This document shows, one piece after another, positions 1-14,189 of a DNA stretch of 64,000 bases. The DNA is from Bugula neritina. Lineage: Eukaryota > Animalia > Bryozoa. The stretch is taken from positions 2,790,001-2,854,000 of the forward strand of contig OZ037765.1 of assembly GCA_964035545.1 (NCBI GenBank), written 5' to 3'. The position numbers and the translations under genes were made by a program. A model generated the notes under the pieces. That model was given only the letters and a program-made list of their open reading frames with translations, ran no database searches and was not told the origin of the DNA. Every line of letters begins with the position of its first letter. The stretch's first letter is position 1.

Positions 1-1374
1 ACTTGTGAGTGTGTCAGAGTAGTGTCTTGTTGTGTGACTCTACAAATAAATTATGAATTTGAATATACTACAAAGTTGCAAACATTGTTTTAACAAAACA
101 CAGCATTTATTTGATATTATATGTAAAGCTCAAGTTGGTATAATATATATTAAATAAATTTTAGCTTTCCTTTTGGATACTCTGAAACAAAATAAAAAAA
201 TAAACCAAAATTGGGTAAAGCCATGCAAACTAGAGAGAGAAAGAGAGTGGGAGAGGGGGGGTGGGAGAGAAAGGTTAGGAGAGAGGATGGAAGAGAGATG
301 GGGTAGAAGAGAGAAAGGGAGAGAGTCAGAGAGATAGTGGAAAAGGGAAGAGAGAAAGGTTAGGAGAGAGAGAAGGTGGGAGAGACGGAGAGTGGGAGAG
401 ATAGGGAGAAGGTGGGAGAGACAGAGGGTGGGAGAGAGGGAGGGTGGGAGAGAGGGAGAGAGGGAGAGAAAGAGAGAGAGGTTGAGTGGAAGGTGTGGGA
501 GAAAGAGACAGAGAGAGGAGTGAGAGAGCTTCCAAACTAACACCATTGACTTAAAAAATGTTGATAAAAACTGCAGCAAGTCTTTAAAAACGATGCTAGC
601 AAGTTCAAAGCTCACTATAACTTTCAAAATCAATAAAATGTCAAGTTCAAAAAACTTATCTGCGAGCAAAAAATAGTTACAGAGACAACCAGGTATTGGG
701 CAAGAGCCAGCTAATAGGAGTACCTTTTTAGATAAACTGCATGCAGGCACAGTGAGATAGCATCGGTGAGTTGTGTCTTCATTTTAATTTCCTAAAAATG
801 AACATAAACAAATGCTAGTAATGAAAGTTTTCAGGGTTATTAAGGGTGCAATTTTATCACTAAACATCATAGCAATAGCAAAAATTGCTCAGTACAAATT
901 TAAGAAAAATTTCTTTCATCCATTACATAATATCCGAAATCAAATCCATTTATTCAATTCATCAAGCTGAAAAACCAAGAATAATCAGAAAGACAGTAAA
1001 ATCACTTTCTAGTAAAAAACAGCTTTAGATCATAATTGTTGGGTTCAGCTCTTAAGCTAAGACACTGATGCACTGAAATACGAAAAAGATCAGCATACTT
1101 TTGACTGTCACAAAATTTATTTTACGTGCAACAGACATTTTAAGGTCACCCGCCACCCGCGCAGGACCACATTGGTGAAAGGTGACCAGATATTTTAAGG
1201 TCAATCAAAATCAAGCAAAGTTCATCGTCATATTGCTTACTGCTTAATGCTGCAGCTTATTTTTGCTTACCAAGTTTCTTTCTGCAGAATAATTGTAGCT
1301 AGCTTCTCGATTTGCCATCTTTATTCCAGTCCAGGTTCAAATGACATCTTGATCGTTGCAAATATCCATGCAAG
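1..1374 (-). CDS. Possible 5' end of an unidentified - strand gene running out of the window (UTR+start exon 1374-1271, next exon 39-1)
   Basis: On the - strand 1374-1271 has a T-rich ...ttttag acceptor and a gtaag donor. ATG at 1318 gives MANREASYNYSAERNL (phase 0). A tttatttgtag acceptor opens 39-1, open in frame as SHTTRHYSDTLTS. No recognisable homology. Confidence 0.3.
232..530. repeat. Purine-rich (GA/GGA) degenerate micro/minisatellite
   Basis: Almost pure G/A tract with recurring gagagaaggtgggagaga-like units. It explains the low-complexity ORFs 130..750 and 326..535. Confidence 0.9.
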
Positions 1375-3512
1375 CTAAAAAATATTTATCAATCAGTACA
1401 ACAACAGAAATACTTACAATGATCCAAATATTACTATTACATTACTATAACATTACACAGTAACACTATGTTTATAATTGTAATACGGAAGCATGACTTT
1501 GTGGTAGTTTGATATGCTATAGCAAAAGGTAGAAAAATCAACTGAAAAACCGACAGAAATAATCAAGTACAATTAACTAAAGTAAATAAACTTACTGAAT
1601 AGTAAATATTTTACTATACTTAGTGAATTGATTTACTTCCACTAGGTTTACTTTCATGATTAAATGCTTCTGTCTATTTTCCAGCTTATAGGAATATATT
1701 AAAAGTGAAACCAATTATAATTACTATTACCTTATCTAGTTTTGACTATATATTTTTCACAAATATAAACATAGTTATATGCGTATTCCTATTGTGACTG
1801 CAGACACCATTGCGGTAACTGAAATCAAACTTCATTCTACTTCAAGTTTCAAACATTGTCCCAGTTCAAAGACTAACAAGTAAATAATTAATAACTGTGA
1901 AAGCTCCAATAAGTTACTTCATTATTAAATAAGATACAACTGATTCTACTGTATATGATACTATGGTATCTGTATTAAATTAAAACATAATTATGAAAAT
2001 CAAAAGTTGTATTTTGAGCACTTATATTATAGTAATTAAATTAACAGCTTAAAATAGACACATTAAACCATGATTGGAATTTTTATTCATTTATCTTTAT
2101 AATTATATTTATTCTTTATTCTGAAAGTTGACCCAACACTGGTAACGAAACTAAAAGTAATTGATTAAGTATGATTTAATCTTACACACTTTACCATTAT
2201 ATTTAGTCTTCCTGACTTTCAGTCTGTCATAGTGATTACTATAACTATATGAAAATGACTTTGACTTAGGAGTCATAATTATAGTCACAGTGTTGATAAG
2301 TCAACAGTGTAGGATTAACACAGCACTAGACTAGTACTACCTCCAGCTTTCAAGTTTATGTTAGGGTATCTCTAAGACTAAAGAGTAACCCTAATAATGT
2401 AAGCAAAGAGCAGTGAGTAATAAGCATGCTATTCAACTTCAAGTTTCACTAGTACTATAACCAATACCACATGTATTTTAATAAAATTATGTAGCTGGTG
2501 AGTGAACTATAAAATTAAATAGGGATCAAACTTTGAGCAAAATTAATAGAAATAATATTAGGACAGAGGTTTCCAATTATTAGTATGTGAAACCAAAGGG
2601 GAATGGATAACTACTATTAGTATTATTACATTTACTTTATATTTAGTTTTACCAGTTCGTATTATGATTATCTTACTTTGAATTGTAAAGTATAATAATT
2701 ATAATATTCATAGTAGTATATTTATATTAGTAATTAATATGTATATTGGTAAAAACATTTGTTTTAAGTTGCTTGTTTATTAAATTATTCTAAATCCTAA
2801 TAACGATAATCCTAATATTAGTGATAATCATTATGCTCATCACTGTCCCCAAGTGCTATCAGTATGACCATCGCAATGTGAACCTAGACGTGAATGTAAA
2901 AAGGCACTGCAAAACAGAACATGGGATGGAGGCAGATATCCATACCATAATACAAATATCGATATTGAATTTGATAATCATAATTATTATACAAATATAA
3001 TGATAATAACTACAATGATCAAAAATGAATAATACCAAAGAGTTTTCGAATTACTATTCATAAAATCAAATATCACATTTATAAAGATATAATCATATAT
3101 ATTATTAAATTTAAGTCAATTATACTAATAGCAATAGTAATATAAATAGAAAAAAGAATCATTGACCAGGAGTAGGTGCAAAATAAAAGTCAATTTTAAG
3201 ACAAAGAGTAAGAAAAATACTAAATCGATATTTAAAATTACTTATTTTTAATCTTAGTCACTTACAGTCAGTCTTAGTTTAATTTTTACTACTAAGTCTT
3301 TAATTTCAAGTTCATTTTGACAATAAACTTGAAGACTTTAACTAAGAATATGTATAATTCAAAATTCCAAACTGGTACAAGTAAAAGTTGCTACTGAAGC
3401 TTTGTAATATTATTTTAAATTATTGGTATGATAGCATTATATTTTGATTCATAGCAATACTGATGGTGACAATTTCAAACATACCCATACCATTACTGTT
3501 ACAGTTTAGGTT

Positions 3513-3899
3513 ACTATTGCCATTGTGATTGCCGGTAATGAGTAAATATAACTTAAATTTATATGACTATTACTATTACTATTAGTATTACTATCACTTT
3601 CAGTACCGGTCTAGTATCAGTATCACCTTAATTCAAAATCAATGTATAATTTATCAAATTACTTTTATATTATCATTTATCAATAATATGTCTATCACTA
3701 TGATATTATCATGATATTGATTTTTAATTTAAACATAATAAAATCATAGGTATAATCATAATGATAATCATAATGCTTAATTTTACTTTTAGTTCAGGTT
3801 CAATGATTTAAGAGTAAGTGAAAGTTACTATAACTATTGCCATTGTGATTGCTAGAAATAAGTAAATATAATTTAAATTTATATGACTATTACTATTAC
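3513..3899. repeat. ~67-bp direct duplication (3513-3579 / 3833-3899)
   Basis: actattgccattgtgattgc...agtaaatataa(c/t)ttaaatttatatgactattactattac occurs twice. Confidence 0.8.
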
Positions 3900-5745
3900 C
3901 AACACTCAGACTTACTCGGACTCACTCTGTCTCTAACTCTAAGTCTGAGTCTCACTCCACCAGAGTGAGAGTGACACTGAATTACTATAAGTATAACTAT
4001 TACTATAACTATTAGTATTAGTATTAGTATTAGCAAAATATATCAACCTTATGATTATCTTATTAGTTATTACAATATGTTCGGCATTGATGTTGTACTA
4101 AAAATATTAATAGTTATTACAATCACAATGACAATGCCAATATCACTTTCAATATGATCAAAGACAAATGATTCCAAGCAGTTTCAGTTTGAGTTTGAGT
4201 TGAAGGTAAGTTATAAGTTGAAGTAGTACGTAAGTGGCAGTTGATACTGATACTATCAGTGATAGGTCTATACTCCATACCAATGAACTCAATAATATTA
4301 CCTATATATTACCATAAATTATATTACTATTAGTATTACCTATAATTAAAATATATTCTTTCTTTTCCAGCTCAGTGCTTCATACCCTCTACTTAGTCTA
4401 ATGCCGCGCACATGACGAGAATGTGAGGTGAAGGTCACTCACAGCTAAAATCGCCAAGGATCTGTAATCCATCACTAGTAGTAGTAGTTCTAGTAGTCGT
4501 ACTACCAGTAATCTGGCTTCGCTATGACACTACGAATTGAATGTTGACAAGACGCATGCATGTTTGCTGTTGGTAAACTAATTTTTACTGAATTTTAATC
4601 ATGCTAAGCTGCAACCTATTTTCTAATGAAATAATATATTCAATAATAATATAATGAATATAATAATTATCATTATAATATTTTATCATTTAATTTTGTA
4701 ACTTTTACTTTTAGTTTTAGTATTTTGGTTTTATATCAAAATTTACATCATTATGATTACAAAATGAAAATAATTATCATTAATCATTACCTTTTAATTT
4801 ATGATTATAATTAATGTTAGAATTAGTCAATTACCACAATTACAATCATAATGATAATCATAATGGCATAATGCCAATGATAATCACAATCGTAACACTA
4901 ATAATAATAGTAATAGTCAAACTCAAGGATTGAGCCAATGATTCAGATTGTCTAAATTTAATTAAATAATTTTCAGCCTTGGGTTTAACTTTACAGTTCA
5001 CAATTTTATTTTACATTACGACTGAGAGTCACAGTAAGACTAAGAAAAAGAGTAAGTCATACCTTTCTTGCAGTTATTTTCAAAGTTTGTAGTTGTACTG
5101 GTACAGTAGTAGACCTAGTAGTAGTACTAGTAGTAGTAGTAGTAGTACTAGTACTAGTAGCAGTACTATTACTAGTTGTAGTACTAGTATCAGTGGTAGT
5201 AGTAACAGGACTGCGATCTTAGATGTAAGTCTAATGAAATACGAATAATAATAGTATAAGTATAACTTTTACATATTTAGTTTTACTATAAGTGTAAATA
5301 TAATGAGTAATAGTAAAACTCAAAGTATATACATTAACTCAGTTTAGCATTAATGATAAAATATAATAATTATAATAAAGTAATATGATCACCATTACGA
5401 TTATAATTAAAATTCTTAGTAACACTTTTATGATACTCAGTTTAATTTATTAATATTAAACATTAGTTTGGCTACCACAAATAACTAATAAGTGCTACTA
5501 TAGGTAACTGTAAAGATAAGTATAAATTTAACTATAACATAGACTATCAGCAATAATAATATATCATATTGATATTAAACTATATATGGATAATGCAAAT
5601 CATAGATCATACCTCATGATAATTATTCCTAATGATCTTACTTTTTATATGCTGATGCTAATAAGTAGTAATTTTAAATTTGATAACTCATGAATGATGA
5701 ATAAGATAACAAGAATAATACTGGACCTAGTAATACTATTAGTCC

Positions 5746-7821
5746 TAGGGGAAGGTGGGGTAAGTTGGGTCAAGGGGCAAGTTGGGCCAGGCCATTTTCT
5801 CAAAAACTGTAATGCTAGGAAACTGAATAGTTAGGTCAAGAAGTAAAGGCCAAACTAAAATAACTTCCTGCTATTACAACAACACTATCAAAAAAGAGGT
5901 GAGTGAAATATTACCTAATATCAATATTTTTGCTTTATTTGACATTCTGTTCACCAAAACAGTAGACCAAAACTTTGTCATTAAGCATGAGGTTAGAGTG
6001 CTGATGTTTTGTGTCATGAATGCTTAGGTAGTTAGCTTATATTTGGTGGATTATAAAACTTTTTAAATTAATTTTTCCATGCAAAAATTACATGCTTTAC
6101 AAAATTGCTGCCAATGGGGCAAGTTGGGTCAAAATTTTGGGGCTAGTTGGCTCAGTGGCCCAACTTGCCCCAAGTCACTAAACATAGTGTTAATGTAATA
6201 TTATTGTTGCAGATCGTGATACTGGATAATCACTGCTCACATATATCCTTAGAGAGTCTGTAACTCTTGCTAAAGAATCAGGAGTTGTTCTACTCACCTT
6301 GCCACCACATACTTCACACCAATTACAGTCTCTGGATAGAACTGTTTTCGGTCCAATGAAAACATACTTCAACAAGGCAATGGATAACTAAATGATAACC
6401 TATCTGAACATGAGCATAAAAGTGAAAGACATTGGCGCCCTAACAAAGCGAGCATTTGGGCAAAACATGACTGTTGCTAATATAACATCGGGCTTTCGCT
6501 CATCTGGCATATTCCCATCAAAAGCAGGCATATTTACCGACGCCGACTATGTTCCAACTGATGTTACCGACAAACCTCAAAGAGTGACCAATGAGCAAGA
6601 TGATCTAATTCAACTTAGCCAAGTTCATCTCGGCCAACTTTATTTCAGATTCCAATCTACAATCCAAGCACGCCTAGTACTTCTGGTTTATTGGCAGGGG
6701 CTACCTCTCAGGATACTTCTACTTCACTGGTGGTGGCTACCTCTAAGCAGCCTGTTACCCCTCAAGATGTTCTTCTCTTACCCAAAGCTGCTCTACGCAA
6801 AAATGGAGCACCCAGAAGAAAGCGGGTAAAGACCGCTACACTGATAGACACACCAGAGAAAGAAAGAATCGAGCAAGAATGAGCAGACAAGTTGAATAAA
6901 GGAAAGGAACGACCTAAGCGTAGGCCTATACAGAAAGAGCCAGAATCCTGCAGTGAAGATGAGCAGAACCATAGTTCCACTAGAGACAGACAGCGATTCA
7001 CCATCCGAGGCGGAAGCAGAAGAACAGGATGTGACAGATGTAGAAGAAGGGGCGTTTGTGGTGGCAAAATACAAAGGAAAACGTTCAACCATAAGTTTTG
7101 TTGGAATGGTGGTTGGCAAGGATGAAGGAGATTGGAGATTGGACTTTTACAAAAAGACTCCACAGGGCACATTCTCTAAGCCATCATACCCAGACATATA
7201 TACAGTGGAGGCTGAGCAAATTTTTTAGAGTGCTGGGGGCACCTGTCTCAACTGGAACAACTGTTCGAACTATAGGCTGTGTTAGTTTTGGCAACAAACT
7301 AAATGGCATGGGCTTTGAGTTAGTTTTCTTGATGCCTTTATTAAATAAAAATAATAGCCCCAAGCAGATTCGGTTTACTTCTTCGTCCATTCCCAGAGTC
7401 TAAACTCAAATAATCTCACTAAATTAAATGATGACTGGGGGCCTATGTTACAAACTTTGTATGTTTTTCTCAAACTAATATGCTGTTAATCATTACTTAG
7501 ACCTAATGAAAATTAATAAACTGAATTTATTTCAGTGATATGTTAGATGCCATAGTAATGAAATAGCGACCCAACTTGCCCCATTTTTTTTTTGGTGGTG
7601 ACCCAACTTGCCCCTCATGCGGGGTAAGTTGGGTCAGAAGAAAGGTTTTACGGTATTATCTGTAGCTGACTCAATGTTGGTGTTGCCTCAAAATAAAATT
7701 GGGCTATCGCAGATAACATGTTAATCTATCTTTATGACAAACAGTTTGATATTTACATGCTTAGATCGGCCACAATATTAAAAAAATCAATTTTTGACCC
7801 AACTTACCCCGCCTTCCCCTA
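5746..7821 (+). mobile_element. Defective pogo/Tigger-type (DDE_1, Tc1/mariner superfamily) DNA transposon
   Basis: TIRs taggggaagg(t/c)ggggtaagttgggtcaa at 5746 and, inverted, ending 7821, with terminal TA. The frameshifted remnant at ~6210-6390 reads IVILDNHCSH...LLTLPPHTSHQLQSLDRTVFGPMKTYF, a DDE_1 motif, followed by NITSGFRSSGIFP. The N-terminal HTH region is missing. Confidence 0.9.
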
Positions 7822-8341
7822 CTACTAGAATTTTATTATCTTATATTTGTAATACGCTTCTTTTAGTAATACTGCTGGTCAAAGTTAGTGTTAATCATAT
7901 TTATAGTTAAATGTTGAAGGAATAAATTAGTTCATAACATAAACATTTCACTATGTGAATATGAAATTTAATATGGATATCCCAATTACACTTGCTGTTG
8001 CTCTTTAGAGACTAGAGTTATAACTTATAACTATGATATAATAATGAATACCATTATTTTAACTAATCATATTACTCAGCTAATGTTAATGATAACTGTA
8101 AGTCTAAAAACCATTACGGTTATAGGTATCACTGACTAATATTATTAATAATATAATCATTCGTTTTATACTTGTACCTATATTTATATTTATACTTATA
8201 CCTATTTTTATACTTATGATCATATCTATACTTTCACGTATGCTTGTACATTTTACTCATAGTATCAGGGTGGCAATCGAAAAGTCATAATTGATATGCT
8301 AATCTAATAATAGAACCAATTGCACTATTATTATTATTATT

Positions 8342-11290
8342 GTTGATTGACCGTAGTTTTTTAGCTGGTGTAACCTTTTACCATTGGCCTAGTTATACTA
8401 GGCTGAAATGGCTAGAACTTTCCTCAGGATGTGAGCTTATCCTGATCCTAGTAAGGGTGTCTGCTGAATTAATGAGCATTTGTTTTCAGCTACTCCAAGT
8501 AGTGGCAGCCAGTCTACAATCTTGTATAAAGCTCCAAAGGCTCCAGTTACAACGGGATGACTTTTTTGATGTTTTCCAAAGGCGGGTTTATTCTAGTGCT
8601 AAATTCTGATATTTTCCTAACTTTTCGAATTTTTTTCTTTTACTCTGTAGTTAACAGGGACTGTGATATCAATTATCGTTGTTTCAGCATTATGCTTGTC
8701 AACTACTAATATATCGGGTCTCCTAACTTTGATGACTACGTCAGTGTGTATGTTAAAATCTTACAACGTTTTCACATTATCATTTTCCAGTACTTATTCT
8801 GCTTGATGGCCGTACCAATTCTTACTTTTCTGAAACCCACGAAGTTCACACAACTACTATTGAAATTATCAATGCCAAAAGGTTGTGTTTTTTCTTATAT
8901 TCTCCTTCTGCTACCTTCTCAAACTCACTCAATACGTGCATCGAAGTTTTGTCTCTTGCGTTACACATTCCACACTTCTTGCTACCCTGTTCTCTCATCA
9001 TAGCCACTTTATAATTTCTAGTAGTGAATAGTTGATTTTGCGCAGCTGTCAGCAGTCGTTCTGTTTCCTTTTTCAGCCAACCATACTTCAACCAGTTCCA
9101 GGAAAATGCTTTCATGTCTTCCACCATTTTGATGTATTGACCACGTGAAGCTTTTCTTTACACTCATCAGTTCTTTCTATCACTTTATCATTATTTAGTT
9201 CTACCGCTGTTCTGTCTTTTAGGAAGGTATTCAGTGTGGTGTTTCTATCAGTCTATGTTATATTTATGTAGTCTGACATGCTGCAGTTTTCAATCTTTAT
9301 GCATTTTTCAGTTGACAACATTCTTCTACCGCCTTCCCTTCTGCTAAAATACAGCCTGCCTACATCTGCTCTCGGATAGGGTGCACGGTTTGTTGTCATT
9401 AGCTTCCTTGTCTTTCAGTCTATATTTTTTAGCTCATGAAACAGTTCAGTCAAGTATTCTAGCTGTGTAATGCACTGCTGTTACTGCCCATGTGTTTATT
9501 GCTTTGATTGTGTTCTCACCATTCAGTTTTGAATCCAGAACTTTTCTTATTTGTTTGTAGTACTCCTTGATCTTATTTTTCATTTCATATATTTGTATTC
9601 CATCAATCTCAAGAACTCCTAGATATTTATACAGCTTCTCACCCAGATCTTTGATTACCTGTTCATCAGGCAAACTGATTCCTGTGTCCTTAATTTTCTT
9701 TCCCTTTCTCATAACCAGTGTGGCACATTTTTTAATCCAAATTTCATTTCTATATTCCTTGTGAAGATCCCGGCAGTGTTTACCAAAGCTTCCAGTTCCC
9801 ACTTTGATTTCCTATTTACCTTCAGGTCATCCACATATAGGAGATGGTTTGTTTTCTGTCTCGTCGAAATTTGCATCATTGAGCCGCTTCTGTCATGCGA
9901 ATCGGTAGTTGGAGAAAAGGGATAGAGATAAAGAGTCTCCTTGGAAAATTCTTAGTTTGATCTTTATTTCTCCTATCTTTTCTTCCAGGTATTTCAGTTG
10001 TGTTTTCCAGGTTTCATGCTTTTTCTTATCAACCTTATGACATTAATTGCTATTCCAGTTGTTTGCATCGTTTCTAAGATCTAATTTCCTTGTCTTTACA
10101 TATGCTCCAATTTGTTGCTAACTTTATTTAGTCATTCTGCATTGGTATTATTTTTAGTTGGCTGACCCCATATATTTTATCAGAATGCTTTTGATTTCCT
10201 TGTCAGGTGCCTCTTTAGATGTACGTATTCATTTCCTCGTAATTCTTGATAAAAGCGCTTATCATTGTAAACATTGTGTCCTGATTATATTGATCAACTC
10301 ATTTTGTATATCTGTTTATCTTCTGGCTTACAGCTCTCAGGTTTTGCTTCAGTTTTTCAATCACTACACCACACTCTTTGTTCTTTATCCTATATTTTTC
10401 TTCAACCATTCTTCTCAATGAATCATTGTAAGCTCTACTTTTTCACTCTGCTATTTTACTTAAGTCTGATCTAATTTCTTTTTATTTCTTCTGCAGTCGT
10501 ATTTTCCATACTTGTACATTGTCAGTTTTTCTTTTTCCTTTTTGTTACACACTTGTTATGTTACTATTTTTCGCACAAGCCATGGTGGTGTTAATGAGCT
10601 CAATGGTATTAATAATCTCAACACAGTTTAGCACATCATTAATCTGTTTTACTGCCTGTAGTAATTTGACCCTCTCAATGTGCCTAAGGGCTCTTAGTGT
10701 TGGTCGATCATTAGATAGTTTGTTATGCTCATTTATAATTTTTCTACTAACACTTTTTCTACCTCTGAACTAGGTACTCTTAAAATTCTCATGGCTGATT
10801 TATATGCTATCTCATGTTGTACTATAACATCCTCTATTTGCAAATTTAGCTCTTCATTATCTTCTTCACCAATTGATGTGCCTAGTTCTTGCAAGGTTCC
10901 TTCTTCAGTCTTATGGAGTTCTTCTTCCATAAAATGCTTGTGTTTCTTCATAGTTCTTGCTTAATCCGCTAGTCTCTATTCGCTGATGTTAAACTCTCCT
11001 CTGTTTTCCAGCGTTTGCACATTCTTTTTAAATAATTCTTTGATCCGGGTCTACAGAGCTCATACATTGTTTTTCTATAACCTCTCAATTTGGGTGTACT
11101 TATGAAGCAGCATTTCATGACAACTTTGTTGTCTTCTCTTGAGTATCTTCTTTTAGTTGTGCCATTAACAGGTTAACGGCCGTAGGTTGCCTGGCCCTCC
11201 ACATACCCACTGCCAGACGAGACATGCCATGTTAAGTTAGACATACCATTAACGTCGTTGGCTTCATTAGTTCTATTTTAATGGATCATA
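8342..11290 (-). mobile_element. Decayed non-LTR retrotransposon, R4/Dong-like clade (RT + C-terminal restriction-like endonuclease)
   Basis: The - strand fragments read IFQGDSLS, NHLLYVDDLKV, YKYLGVLE, KLNGENTIKAINTWA, ETERLLTAAQNQ, a degenerate CCHC knuckle (CGMC...HVLSE) and the REL motif RRPDILVVDK...IIDITVP. It has many stops/frameshifts and an internal deletion near 10080, and is flanked by (TTA)n on both sides. Confidence 0.85.
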
Positions 11291-12194
11291 TTATTATTTT
11301 TAATTATTATTATTATCATTATCAGTAGCAAATAAATAATTTTATATTTGTTATTAGTTACTACTTATAGAAATTGAGTGCCACAGCTTGAGGGTTATAA
11401 AGTCAGTCTTAGTCAATGTAATGGGGATGCTGATACTGACATTTGGCTTTGAGCTCATAGTTAAATTGCTAACAACTATAATACCTAAGGATGACAGGAG
11501 TATTAAAATGTTAATTTATAAGGATTATAACCTTAGAGTGGAGATATTATTCTCAATTTATTTAGTTTTTACTTTACTAACTTTTATTTTATTCATCAAC
11601 CTTACTGTCTATTTAAATAGCAAACTAAAGAATAATTATGAAGGCCTTTGAATTGAAGTACTTTTCTGTAGCTTATTAGATTTCAAGTATTAAAATAACA
11701 TACTAAGACAGAATACCATTATATGAGCTAGATTAATAAAGTAAAGAAGATTTCTTTGTTAATCAAAATATAGGTGTCACATATGCCTATTTTTAAGATT
11801 ATGTTCTTATATGTGCTGTCTTTTTAATATTTTTAAAGTGCTACATTTTGAGGGTAGCCTACATCAATATGACTGCCCTGTAATTGCTTGTCAACTATAA
11901 GAGTTAGACCTATAAACTGTCTCATTTTCAAATTATCTTTACTTTTCTAATTGATGTTAACATGACTATTCCTATTAATATTTTGGTGTTTACCATTAGT
12001 AATGTTTGAACTAACATCAATATCCTTGTTAATTTGTCTAATTATTCAAATTTTAATATTCATCATTTGTGAACAGTAATAAAATTTTGTCTTTCTTAAA
12101 TTAATGTGATGCTAGATTAGCTACTCTAGCAAGTGTGTATTGTGCAATGAGTACTAATGCCATATTTTTGCACTTCTTGTTCTATATAATTTAG

Positions 12195-14189
12195 ATTTAA
12201 GGTAACAATTCCTAAAGCTATCAGATAATGCTGCTATCAGTTATAAAGATGTCACTGATCCAAACATTGAAAACCAGCTGAGTGCATGCAAGGTTGAAAA
12301 CTTATTTTCTCTGGTTAGGTAAGTAGAAAGGTATTTGCTGTAATTTACAACTATTTTGTTTTCAATATCCTTGATGTTCATCTTTAAAAGATAAGTAGCA
12401 CATAATGGTACCTGTTTTACTTAGCAGAAGAAATTATTGTCAAAGCTCTATTACTACATTTTAAATTGTATGACACTCTTTTGACTACATTTGATTTCAT
12501 ATCTCAAATAATTATATTTCTGACTCATGAAACTGTAACCACACATTTGAGAACAAAATAAATAATGATATGGAAGCTTTCTTTAACTTTGTCAATTTAG
12601 TCAACAGCCAATGACTGAAAACATGTTTTGTACACTATTGATTGCCTCTCTATTTCCGCTATAAGGCAGAAACTTTAATCTCAAAATTTAAGACACTGGC
12701 AATTCTTCCCAATAATACGTTCAAACAAATATTTTTTGCCAAGTAATATAGTATTTAATTATATTTTTTAGTCAAAGAAATTTGTTTGGTTTCTTGTGTC
12801 ATCTTGAATAGGTTGTTATTCATTATCTTTTTCTTCGTGTTATGGCTATGAGTGTATATAACCTTTGCTGACAGGTTTTTCCCCCATCACTATATGTTTC
12901 TCTGTTTACTCTCTAACAGTTTTATTTCCGTTCATTTTTTAGAGTTTACTAAAATGACATGGGTGTGCTTTGTTGTGGCTCCTAATTGAGCGCATCCGTT
13001 GAGATTATTGGAAGTTTTGTTGAAACTGAGCTGAGGCCTCTTACTCCTAAAGGCAAGAATTTGAGTCATCTTAGCTACTTGTAGCATATCAACATCGAAC
13101 AGCACCATTCCACTACTCTAAGCTTAAGGTTTTGGCTGCATTAGATCAACAGGTAAGTTTAATAGTTTGTATTTCGTACACTATTTCATGATGTCTGTTC
13201 AGCATTTACTTGGTAGCACACATTTATAGATTTTGCATTCTTTTAGTTTTTTGCAGTACAACTTTTCTACGCAACTTATATTACACTGTTGTTGCTGTTA
13301 ATTGTAGTTTATTCTGCTTGACCATGCAATTATTGAATTATGTTGCAAAGGTGATTGAGTCCTTTTATTTAATTTAGTACACACTGGAAATCTGCAGTTT
13401 TTAGCCATTTTTACATTTTAGCTGCTAATGAACAATGCTTTTTGCTTAAAATTAGTGAGACATCAAGAAATACACCTAAATAATCAAGGTTCTTCTTAAT
13501 TTTGCATGATTTCTCATGTTTTTTCCTATTTATTCATTTCATTTGGATTGCCTACTGTTACAAACTAACCGTGGCGATCCCCAGTCAGAAGTTGCTGTAA
13601 TTAGAAAAAAAGCATAGGAAATCAAAGAAAATTAAAAAGAGCCTTGATTATTTAGGTGTATTTATTGATATTTTTTTAGTTTCGGCCAAAACTCATGTTC
13701 ATTAGCAAAAACTTGAGATCTTCAGTATGTACTAACTTAAATAAAATGAACCAATTGCAGTAAATTTCTGCATTTTCTAATACTTCCTAAATTTATACCT
13801 AAAATAGTGCTGTCTTAAGAAAATGACACTAGCTGCTGTTTTCATGTATGTGCCCCAATTGTATATAATGCTGTTGATTTGTTTAGTGCTTTTTCTATTT
13901 GTTTGTTATATAACTTTTCTTTTATGGTTGTTGCCAGCACCTAAAGCATTATTCATTAGTGTCAATTAATTTCTACTCACAGTTTTACTGTTACATAGTT
14001 TATAAAGCCCTTGTGTCAACTTTTCTAGATATCCTGGTTAAAATTGTTCTACTTGATGAATGGCATAGGGCATATGCAATAGCAAAACAGTTGCAGGCTG
14101 TTTTGGAAAAAAAATTGTGCATATAACCTTTATTTTATACATGTTATTTAGGCTTTGGTAGAACTGTTGGAGAGCCTTCCTCTTGAATA
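12195..14189 (+). other. Chain of exon-like segments with no continuous ORF (possible lncRNA or decayed gene)
   Basis: 12195-12318 (tttag...ag|gtaagt) and 12943-13152 (ttttttag...cag|gtaagt) have strong splice signals, with further acceptors before 14029 and 14152. The joined frames I tested contain stops. Confidence 0.25.
13353..13756. mobile_element. Foldback/MITE-like imperfect inverted repeat
   Basis: aaatacacctaaataatcaagg (13468-13489) is the exact reverse complement of ccttgattatttaggtgtattt (13642-13663). The outer arms (ttttatttaatttagtacacactgg / tcagtatgtactaacttaaataaaa) also pair. Confidence 0.7.

Noticed and set aside
130-750. 206-aa and 69-aa Leu/Ser/Pro-rich ORFs
   Set aside because: Translations of the GA-rich repeat; no domain signal.
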